From assembly GCA_026129095.1 (NCBI GenBank), contig JAHCIT010000004.1, positions 1 through 64,000 of the forward strand: a stretch of DNA of 64,000 nucleotides. Direction: 5' to 3'. Shown piece by piece: positions 1 through 7,179 of the stretch (positions within the stretch are counted from its first letter, which is position 1; the number at the start of each line of letters is the position of its first letter). Source of the stretch: Deltaproteobacteria bacterium. GTDB lineage: Bacteria; JAGRBM01; JAHCIT01. The notes beneath the pieces were generated by a model, which was not told where the DNA came from, searched no databases, and saw nothing but the letters and a program-made list of their open reading frames with translations. A program made the translations under genes and the position numbers.

Positions 1-35
1 TAAGGGGCGCGGGGTGAGGCTTCCCGGCCCAAACG

Positions 36-91
36 AAAACCCCTCTCCAGTTCCTGGAGAGGGGTCAGGGGTGAGGCGTTGAGGCAGTTAA
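36..91. repeat. REP/BoxC-like hairpin element; direct repeat of 1062-1119
   Basis: ACCCCTCTCCAG-ttc-CTGGAGAGGGGT palindrome plus tail CAGGGGTGAGGC, just past the stop codon of A1. Confidence 0.85.
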
Positions 92-95
92 GGCG

Positions 96-932
96 TCAGT
101 CGTAGTCGCCGTTGAGGCAGTAGGAGGTGTCCGCCTCCAGCATGCCCGTGAAGTCGCTGCTGGTCAGGCCGACGTTGTAAAGACCGAAGAAGGTCGTGTC
201 GCCCTCCGAGAAGTTCACATATCCGGTCTCGGTGAAATCGAGCTCGATATCGTCGCCGTCATAATCGCCCTCGACGTAGCCCAGGGCGGACCCGCCGCAG
301 GTTTCAGCCGCGCAGCCCACGGTGAACACGCCCTCGGTAATGCCGGCGAATTCGTCACTCAGGAGCGCGCCGAAGAAACCGCCGTCCGCGCCGCCGACCA
401 GCATCACGAAGCCTTCTGTGTCGTGGGTGACGACCGAGACGGATTCGCTGAACGCGAACTCGCCGCAGGCAACGCCGATCTCGCCGTCACGCGGTTCCGC
501 CAGGAGGCCGATCCCTTCCACGATGCCATCGCCGGTATCACCGCCGAAGACGAATGCCACCGAACCGTCCTCCCGCTGGACGCCCGCGCCGGTCACGTTG
601 TTCTCGAAGTCGAGGTCGAGGCCGTCGCCCGACGCCTGGCCGGTCACGGCAAAGCTCTCGAACCCCTCCGGCAGGGATGCCGAAGCCGTAAAAGCACCGG
701 CGTCGTACATCTCGCCGCTGCCGGTCACCGAACCGTTTTCGGCCAGCGTGAGCGTCAGGTAAATGAAGATCGGCGTGTCGCCGTCAACGTTTCCGACCGC
801 CGCGCCCTGGTAGTCGCCCGGTGTCAGCGAGAACCCGCCGCTGCTGCCGCAGGCGGCAAGGCTTAAGGTCGTGATGGCGGCGAGCGCGAGGGTTGCCCCT
901 TTGATGGTTGCCCTGATGGTGGTGAGGTTCAT
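96..932 (-). CDS. Acidic lipoprotein of unknown function (paralogue A1)
   Basis: Start moved to ATG at 932, which follows AAGGAG. Signal peptide with lipobox LAAC. Very Asp/Glu/Gly-rich. Similar to 1123..1968. Confidence 0.8.
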   Translation of the reverse strand: MNLTTIRATIKGATLALAAITTLSLAACGSSGGFSLTPGDYQGAAVGNVDGDTPIFIYLTLTLAENGSVTGSGEMYDAGAFTASASLPEGFESFAVTGQASGDGLDLDFENNVTGAGVQREDGSVAFVFGGDTGDGIVEGIGLLAEPRDGEIGVACGEFAFSESVSVVTHDTEGFVMLVGGADGGFFGALLSDEFAGITEGVFTVGCAAETCGGSALGYVEGDYDGDDIELDFTETGYVNFSEGDTTFFGLYNVGLTSSDFTGMLEADTSYCLNGDYD

Positions 933-1061
933 GAGATACTCCTTGTAACGTGCTGAATAGATTGTGTTTCTGGCGATCCGGGCGGCACCCGCCGGACGAA
1001 CCACCGGGCAGCTTTCCGTATGCTCTTGGAATGATATGTTCCGGGAATCAAGGGCCCAAAA

Positions 1062-1119
1062 GAAAACCCCTCTCCAGTTCCTGGAGAGGGGTCAGGGGTG
1101 AGGCTTTCAGGCAGTTAAG
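1062..1119. repeat. REP/BoxC-like hairpin element; direct repeat of 36-91
   Basis: Identical palindrome and tail, just past the stop codon of A2. Confidence 0.85.
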
Positions 1120-1122
1120 CCA

Positions 1123-1968
1123 TCAGTCCCAGTCGTAGCAGTCCTCGGAATCACCGTAGAAGTAGCCGGCGTCGCCGCTGGTGAATCCGGCGTTCACTTC
1201 GAAGTAGTTGCCGTCGAGTCCGCCGTTGTTGATCACGGCGCTGGCCGAAACGTCTTCGCCGTCGAACCGGCCCGTCAGCGTTCCCTCGCCCTCGCCGTCA
1301 TCCATGTCCATCGTGCCGGTGAAGACACCGAAGTCGCCGTCCTCCCAGTCATAGAAGATGCCGATGAGGTCGCTGTCCCGCGCCAGGACCACGATGTCGC
1401 CTTGCGCGAGGTAGTTTTCATCCTCGTCGTTGACGCTGAAATAGCCGCAGGCCAGCCCCAGTTCCTCGCCGTCCACGACGACGCCGCCCGTGTAGCCGAG
1501 CGTTTCGGAACCTTCGTCATCGGTGCCGATGATCTCCCCCGTCAGGATGCCGTCCGGCGTGATCGTGCCCTCGATCGTCACTTCCGGGTAGTCCATTCCC
1601 ACATCCACGGTCGCCGTGAACGAGGTGCCTTCGACTGTTCCCTCCACGTCATACACGTCATCGATATATTCATTGTCGTCGGGAAGGCCTCCCGGATTGT
1701 AATAGGCGATATAGTCCATGAGGGTGCCGGTGATCGTGCCGTCCTCCTCCACCGTGAGTTCCAGAAGGCCATACCGGTCGCTGTCGCTGCCGAGATAGGC
1801 CGGGCTGATGCTCAGGGGCAGACCGGGCACTTCATAAATTGCCCCCGCCACGTAGTCACCGGGCAAGAAGGTGGCGTCCGGCGCGTTGCTGTCGCTGCAC
1901 GCGGCAAGGCCAAGTGTCGTGATGGCGGCGAGCGCAGCGCCCGCCTGTTTGATTGGGTTGAGGTTCAT
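1123..1968 (-). CDS. Acidic lipoprotein of unknown function (paralogue A2)
   Basis: Signal peptide AALAAITTLGLAAC. Shares PGDY, the GxACGxF motif and a C-terminal Cys with A1. Confidence 0.8.
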   Translation of the reverse strand: MNLNPIKQAGAALAAITTLGLAACSDSNAPDATFLPGDYVAGAIYEVPGLPLSISPAYLGSDSDRYGLLELTVEEDGTITGTLMDYIAYYNPGGLPDDNEYIDDVYDVEGTVEGTSFTATVDVGMDYPEVTIEGTITPDGILTGEIIGTDDEGSETLGYTGGVVVDGEELGLACGYFSVNDEDENYLAQGDIVVLARDSDLIGIFYDWEDGDFGVFTGTMDMDDGEGEGTLTGRFDGEDVSASAVINNGGLDGNYFEVNAGFTSGDAGYFYGDSEDCYDWD

Positions 1969-2076
1969 TGGTTTTCCCTTTCGTTTGCCCGGCGCGCCGG
2001 GGGTTCAGATCATTTGCGCGACATCCTAGAGCAGTGCTTCGCACAGGTGCAACAGAAAAACACACCGCCATTAGAG

Positions 2077-2345
2077 GCCTCACCCCCTGCCCCCTCTCCG
2101 GGAACCGGAGAGGGGGAGACCACTCCCCCTTGATCCCCCTCTCCGTAGTCACGGAGAGGACCTCCCCTTGATCCCCCTCTCCGTAGTCACGGGGGGTGCT
2201 GTGAGGGGCGGGGGTGAGTTTTCTGTTCCCGCCCTTCAGGGGGCGCGGGGTGGGCTTCCTGCTCCCTGCCTCACCCCCTTAAATCCCCTCTCCGGGAACC
2301 GGAGAGGAAAACTCGGTCCCCCTCTCCGTATTGCGGAGAGGGGGC
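2077..2345. repeat. Cluster of 4-5 REP-like CCCCTCTCC..GGAGAGG(GG) hairpins
   Basis: Hairpins at ~2091, 2136, 2174 (partial), 2285 and 2318. Internal ~31-bp tandem duplication 2123-2154/2162-2192. Confidence 0.85.
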
Positions 2346-2368
2346 AAAGCTTCACTGCCGTGGCCTTG

Positions 2369-3091
2369 CTACTGACCGGCCGGGGGCGTTTCGCCGCCGC
2401 CGGTCCCGGTGCCCTCGCCGGCCTTGCGTTCCTGGATCCGCTGCTCGATCAGCGGTTCGATCACGTCGGCCTGCTTGTGGAGCATCTTGCGCATCTCCAT
2501 GCGCCGCTCGCGGCGGACGTCCTCGGGGAGGTTCTTCACCTCCTCGATCCGCTGGACCGGCTCGGCCAGCGGGTTGGCAAACTCGGTATCGGGCGGCGCC
2601 TCGTTGTTGATGGCGGTGATCTTCCCGCGCGGGGCGCCGCCGCTGGTGATGTCGGTGACGATGAAATCAACCAGGTACGGCGTCCCCTTGGTCATGCCGT
2701 CAATGACGGGGAGGAACCTGTCGTCGAAGGTGAGGAAGGCGATCTGGTAGCTGCCGTCCACGGCCATCATGATTACCCAGTCGGGCTGGGCGCGGGTGTG
2801 GAAACGGAGCATGATCTGGGCGAGCTTGCCGATGGCTTCCGGTTTCCCTGTCTTATAGATCTGCGGGACGCGGGTGAAGGTGACTTCCGGGCCGGGGCCG
2901 TCCAGGGCCGCCTTGCGGGCGGCGTCGGCCGCTCCGGCATCGGACGGCGCGGCGTCGGCGCTGGCCGGAGCGTCGGCGGCCGGTTTCTGCGTGTCGGCCT
3001 TCCGGCAGCCGGTGAGCAGCCCCCCGGAAAGCCCCGCCGCGAGGAATACACCGGCCAGAAAAAGTGCCGCCTGCCTGCGCATGTCCGTCAT
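2369..3091 (-). CDS. Hypothetical lipoprotein
   Basis: Hydrophobic N-terminus ending LTGC, then an Ala/Pro linker and a globular region. Start approximate. Confidence 0.65.
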   Translation of the reverse strand: MTDMRRQAALFLAGVFLAAGLSGGLLTGCRKADTQKPAADAPASADAAPSDAGAADAARKAALDGPGPEVTFTRVPQIYKTGKPEAIGKLAQIMLRFHTRAQPDWVIMMAVDGSYQIAFLTFDDRFLPVIDGMTKGTPYLVDFIVTDITSGGAPRGKITAINNEAPPDTEFANPLAEPVQRIEEVKNLPEDVRRERRMEMRKMLHKQADVIEPLIEQRIQERKAGEGTGTGGGETPPAGQ

Positions 3092-3261
3092 ATGCATCCG
3101 TCCCGTTCCGTCGAACATCTATATTAAAGGTAGCAACACCCTGACTGATAGGTGCCCCCGCCGCCCGCTCCAAGTCAACCACCCCGCCGGAAAACGATGC
3201 AAATAAAGCGGGGTTAATGGCGAAGGGCTGGCAGCATTCAAATTAAACCGTTCTCTGGCTA

Positions 3262-3290
3262 TTGCCGGTTTTCTTAGACCCCCTTAATAT
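3262..3290 (+). promoter_or_regulatory. Putative sigma70 promoter TTGCCG-N17-TAATAT
   Basis: Both hexamers and the 17-bp spacing are conserved in the paralogous copy at 4250-4278, while the spacer has diverged. Confidence 0.65.
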
Positions 3291-3334
3291 AAGCCGCAAA
3301 TTCGCCCGAAGGGCCAGATTCAAGGAGCAGAAAA

Positions 3335-4141
3335 ATGATGAACCGTTTTCTCACGGCGGCCTGCGCCGCCACGATGGTATTCGCCGCCGGATGCGGCAGC
3401 AGCGGGGGACCCAACTACCGCCTGTTTGCCGCTGATGGCAGCTACGGCAGCTCAGGTTTCCTTTACGCGATCGATCCGGACGCCGGTGAAATCAAGGTGG
3501 TCGGCGGCTTGGCTGACAGTTCCGGCGACACCCTTTACTCGCTGACCGGGCTGGTGTTCGGCAGTGACGGGGTGCTTTACGGTTCCACCAGTGACGACGC
3601 CCCTGTACAGGACAATGTGTTCGTCTCGATAGACACCCAGACTGCTGAAGTGACGGAAATCGACATCGAAAGCGATGATGACGAATGCTTCGACGCCGTC
3701 GGAGATCTCGAAATCGTCGACGGGACCATTTACGGTGTGTCGGATGACGGCGCCGGCGACACGGGCTGCTTCCTGACGGTTACGACCGATGGCACGGTCG
3801 AGATGGTCACTGACGGTTTCGGATGGGCGGGCGGCCTTGCCTACGATGCCGCTGCCGACGCGCTTTACCACCTGACCGAAGGCGGCAGCACCCTGGACAC
3901 GGTGGACCTGGAGAGCGGCGAACTCGACGAAGGCATCGACGTGGATGATCCGGTCGATGATTACGACGGAATGGCATACAGCTACGTGAAGGCCATGGCG
4001 ATGGTGGACGGACGTCTGCTGGCTATCATGGGAACGTATTATGACAATTCCGTGCTTGTGGAGATCGACACCGATTCGGGCAACGTAACCGTGCTGACGC
4101 CGGTTCCCGACTCGATGGATGCGCTGGCGGCGATCCGCTGA
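3335..4141 (+). CDS. Acidic lipoprotein, probable beta-propeller (paralogue B1)
   Basis: Lipobox AAGC, AAGGAG RBS, and repeated GLxF/GLAYD/LxxID blade-like motifs. Confidence 0.8.
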   Translation: MMNRFLTAACAATMVFAAGCGSSGGPNYRLFAADGSYGSSGFLYAIDPDAGEIKVVGGLADSSGDTLYSLTGLVFGSDGVLYGSTSDDAPVQDNVFVSIDTQTAEVTEIDIESDDDECFDAVGDLEIVDGTIYGVSDDGAGDTGCFLTVTTDGTVEMVTDGFGWAGGLAYDAAADALYHLTEGGSTLDTVDLESGELDEGIDVDDPVDDYDGMAYSYVKAMAMVDGRLLAIMGTYYDNSVLVEIDTDSGNVTVLTPVPDSMDALAAIR

Positions 4142-4159
4142 TCCGTTAACTGAACGATC

Positions 4160-4213
4160 AACACCCTCCCGGCCCCTTTCCCCTTTGATGGGGGAAGGGG
4201 CCGGAGTGTTTTT
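4160..4213 (+). terminator. GC hairpin with T-tract after B1 (identical copy after B3)
   Basis: CCGGCCCCTT...AAGGGGCCGG followed by AGTGTTTTT. Confidence 0.55.
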
Positions 4214-4249
4214 GGGGAACACCGGTTTCAAAAAACCGTTCTCCGGCTA

Positions 4250-4278
4250 TTGCCGGTTTTGTTATTGTTCTTTAATAT
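4250..4278 (+). promoter_or_regulatory. Putative sigma70 promoter TTGCCG-N17-TAATAT
   Basis: Paralogous to 3262-3290. Confidence 0.65.
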
Positions 4279-4323
4279 CGAACCCACATTCCCCCGAAGG
4301 GGCCAGTTTCAGGGAGCAGAAAA

Positions 4324-5145
4324 ATGATGAACCGTTTTCTCACGGCGGCCTGCGCCGCCACGATGGTATTCGCCGCCGGATGCGGCAGCAGCGGGGGCGG
4401 GGCCCGTGCGGACATCTACCTCATTGACGGCACGGCCGGAGCCCAAGGGTTCATCTACAGCGTGGACCTTTCCACCGACCCCATCACCGTGGCGATCGCC
4501 GGGCAGGTGACGAGCGACGACGGCGACGTGCTGCCGATGACGGGGCTCGCCATCGGGCCCGGCGGCGTGGTGATCGGAACGACGTCTGCCGATGCCGACA
4601 GCAATGACCTGCTCGTCACGATTGACCTGGATACCGGCGCCGCCGAAGAGATTGACTACAGCGGTGACACGGACTGCATCTATGGCGTGAACGACCTCGC
4701 CTTCGCCGGCGACACACTCTACGGGGTCACCGGCGAGGACAATACGAACTGCATCATCACCATTGACGAGGACGGCGAGGTCACCGAGACCGACACCTTC
4801 GCCTCGTACGGCGGGGCACTGGCCTACGACGCGGCGGGCGATATCCTCCATTTCCTGGACTTCCCGGAAGGCCTCGAAGACGCCACGCTGAACACCATTG
4901 ACCTCGACGACGGCTCGATCGTGGACGGCGACGATATTACCGGCGGCGACGACCTGTATGACGACTACCCGCAACTGAATAGCGCCTACGTCAAGGGCAT
5001 GGCGTTCGCGGGCGGCCGGCTGCTCGCGATCACCGGCAGCGACTACGGCGTCTCGCTTCTGATCGAGATCGATCCCGAGGACGGCACGTTCGAAGTCCTG
5101 GGTATTGTGCCCATTGCCGCCGACGCCATCGCGGCGGCCAACTGA
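4324..5145 (+). CDS. Acidic lipoprotein, probable beta-propeller (paralogue B2)
   Basis: Signal peptide DNA is identical to B1; the body is closest to B3. Confidence 0.8.
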   Translation: MMNRFLTAACAATMVFAAGCGSSGGGARADIYLIDGTAGAQGFIYSVDLSTDPITVAIAGQVTSDDGDVLPMTGLAIGPGGVVIGTTSADADSNDLLVTIDLDTGAAEEIDYSGDTDCIYGVNDLAFAGDTLYGVTGEDNTNCIITIDEDGEVTETDTFASYGGALAYDAAGDILHFLDFPEGLEDATLNTIDLDDGSIVDGDDITGGDDLYDDYPQLNSAYVKGMAFAGGRLLAITGSDYGVSLLIEIDPEDGTFEVLGIVPIAADAIAAAN

Positions 5146-5186
5146 ACCGGTGCGAAGACATGACCATTTTTCAAGGAGCAACTGAC

Positions 5187-6002
5187 ATGAAACGGATTCT
5201 GATCGCGGCGATCGCCGCCACGATAACGACAATCACCGGATGCGGCAGCAGCGGCGGGGGAGCGGGCAATGCGGACCTGTACCTCATTGATGGCGCGTCC
5301 GGGACCCAGGGGTTCATCTACAGCGTGGACCTTTCCACCGACCCCATCACCGTGGAGATCACCGGCCAGGTGACCAGTGACGACGGCGACGTGCTGCCGA
5401 TGACGGGGCTCGCCTTCGGGCCCGGCGGCGTGGTTGCCGGGACGACGTCGGCCGCCGAGGAGGCCGATGACCTGGGCGACCTGCTGGTGGAGATTGACCT
5501 CGCCACCGGCGACGCCGAAGCGATCGACTGGAGCGGCGACACCGACTGCATCGATGGCGTGAACGACCTCGCTTTCGCGGGCGACACCCTCTACGCGGTG
5601 TCGGGTGGCGCCACGTGCATCATGACCATAGACGAGGACGGCGAGGTCGCCGAGACCGACACGAGTAATTACGGGGCGCTGGCCTACGACGCGGCGGGCG
5701 AGACCCTCTACTATTTCAACAGTTATGACATTGATGGTGCCTCGCTGGACACCATTGATCTGGACGACGGGTCCATCGTGACAGGCGACGTGGAGGTGGA
5801 CGCCGGCGACCCGCTAGGCGACTATCCGGATATAGAATACTCCTACATCAAGGGCGCGACATTCGTGGGCAGCAGGCTGATCGCGCTCGTCGGCTACTAT
5901 TACGGAACGAGCGTTCTGGTCGAGGTTGATCCCGAAGACGGCACAATCGTGGTTCTGGGCATTGTGCCCCCCAACGCCGACGCCATCGCCGCGGCCAACT
6001 GA
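5187..6002 (+). CDS. Acidic lipoprotein, probable beta-propeller (paralogue B3)
   Basis: Start moved to ATG 5187, which follows AAGGAG. Lipobox ITGC. High identity to B2. Confidence 0.8.
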   Translation: MKRILIAAIAATITTITGCGSSGGGAGNADLYLIDGASGTQGFIYSVDLSTDPITVEITGQVTSDDGDVLPMTGLAFGPGGVVAGTTSAAEEADDLGDLLVEIDLATGDAEAIDWSGDTDCIDGVNDLAFAGDTLYAVSGGATCIMTIDEDGEVAETDTSNYGALAYDAAGETLYYFNSYDIDGASLDTIDLDDGSIVTGDVEVDAGDPLGDYPDIEYSYIKGATFVGSRLIALVGYYYGTSVLVEVDPEDGTIVVLGIVPPNADAIAAAN

Positions 6003-6020
6003 TCCGTTAACTGAACGATC

Positions 6021-6074
6021 AACACCCTCCCGGCCCCTTTCCCCTTTGATGGGGGAAGGGGCCGGAGTGTTTTT
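6021..6074 (+). terminator. GC hairpin with T-tract after B3
   Basis: Part of a ~77-bp exact direct repeat (4139-4216 / 6000-6077). Confidence 0.55.
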
Positions 6075-6115
6075 GGGAAACGCCCCCAAATTAACTCGGC
6101 GCGTCATTTTTCTTC

Positions 6116-6143
6116 TTGACAGTAAAACGTCGGTGTATATATT
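6116..6143 (+). promoter_or_regulatory. Putative sigma70 promoter TTGACA-N16-TATATT
   Basis: Consensus -35 in an AT-rich intergenic region upstream of 6234. Confidence 0.5.
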
Positions 6144-6233
6144 GTCATACAAGGATGACGCGATGCGTCTCCCCGTATCTGTATAACAGGATTTCAGTTC
6201 CCATAACACAACCAAAACACAGGAGAATCAGCC

Positions 6234-6527
6234 ATGCCACAGTTCAATCTCGACAGCATCCGCGAAGCCGCCAACTACCTCACCAGCGACGAATTCCGCA
6301 CGAAGCTCGAAACCCAGGTCCGCGAGGCGGCCCGGCTCGCCAATGACACCGCCCAGCAGGGCCTTGAGGCGGCCCGCAAGGTGAGCGAGACGGCCATCAC
6401 CGAGGCGCAGAAGGTCCAGCGCGAGGTGGCCGGCAAGGTGCAGACGTTCACCCGGCAGGTCACTGACCAGGCCCGCGAAACGGTCGAAAAGCTCCGCAGC
6501 CACACCGATACCGGCGCGCAGGCCTGA
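6234..6527 (+). CDS. Small amphipathic helical protein (phasin/apolipoprotein-like)
   Basis: AGGAG RBS. A/Q/E/T/R-rich helical pattern. Family call is tentative. Confidence 0.65.
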   Translation: MPQFNLDSIREAANYLTSDEFRTKLETQVREAARLANDTAQQGLEAARKVSETAITEAQKVQREVAGKVQTFTRQVTDQARETVEKLRSHTDTGAQA

Positions 6528-6540
6528 TCGAAGGGCCCCG

Positions 6541-6604
6541 GCCTCACCCCTACTTCCCCTCCCCCTCTCCGGTTCCCGGAGAGGGGGATTTAAGGGGGTG
6601 AGGC
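6541..6604. repeat. Complete REP-like element with 10-bp terminal inverted repeats GCCTCACCCC
   Basis: The TIRs enclose the CCCCCTCTCCGG-ttc-CCGGAGAGGGGG hairpin. The right half is nearly the reverse complement of 2268-2307. Confidence 0.85.
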
Positions 6605-6735
6605 GGTTTCTTTCCCCTACTTGAAACCCGCCGCCCATACGGACTAGGTAGGGCCCGGTGCTGCCGGTCTGGGGTCCAGGCGGCGGGACCATCCCGCAGG
6701 GTAAAGACGCGGAACAAAAGCGGAAAAGGAAACAT

Positions 6736-7116
6736 ATGAGCGCCAAGCACGAAGAGGCGAAGAAGATCAAGAACTACCAGGCGGCCATCGGGAAGCAGCT
6801 CGAAAAGGCCCGCAAGAAGTTTGCCGACTTGGCCAAGAAGGCCGGTCTCGACCACTGGCCGAAGCTGGAAGACCTGCCCAAGGTGGGCGCGGTAAGCACC
6901 AAGATATCGGCCGAGCAGGCCAAGAGTATCCGTGAACCCGCCAAGCGCCGGGCCAAGGTCCGCAAGGCGGCGCTCGCCAATCCCGAGGTCCGCAAGGCCC
7001 GCAAGGAGCTGAAGCGCGCCCAGCGGGCAACGACCCGGACCCGGAAGCTGCTGGCCACCCGCACGAAGAAGGCCGAGGCGGCCCCGGCGGCGGCCGAGGC
7101 GCCCGCCGCCTCCTAA
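6736..7116 (+). CDS. Small highly basic Lys/Ala/Arg-rich protein
   Basis: AAGGA RBS before ATG 6736; host-like codon usage. Confidence 0.7.
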   Translation: MSAKHEEAKKIKNYQAAIGKQLEKARKKFADLAKKAGLDHWPKLEDLPKVGAVSTKISAEQAKSIREPAKRRAKVRKAALANPEVRKARKELKRAQRATTRTRKLLATRTKKAEAAPAAAEAPAAS

Positions 7117-7179
7117 CGGTCCCCTTAAGGGAGGCGCGGCCCCCTTCACAGGCGGGGCCGGGCGGCAACCGGCTCCGGC

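Noticed and set aside
2077-2345. CRISPR array
   Set aside because: Units are non-identical and irregularly spaced, with no unique constant-length spacers and no cas genes
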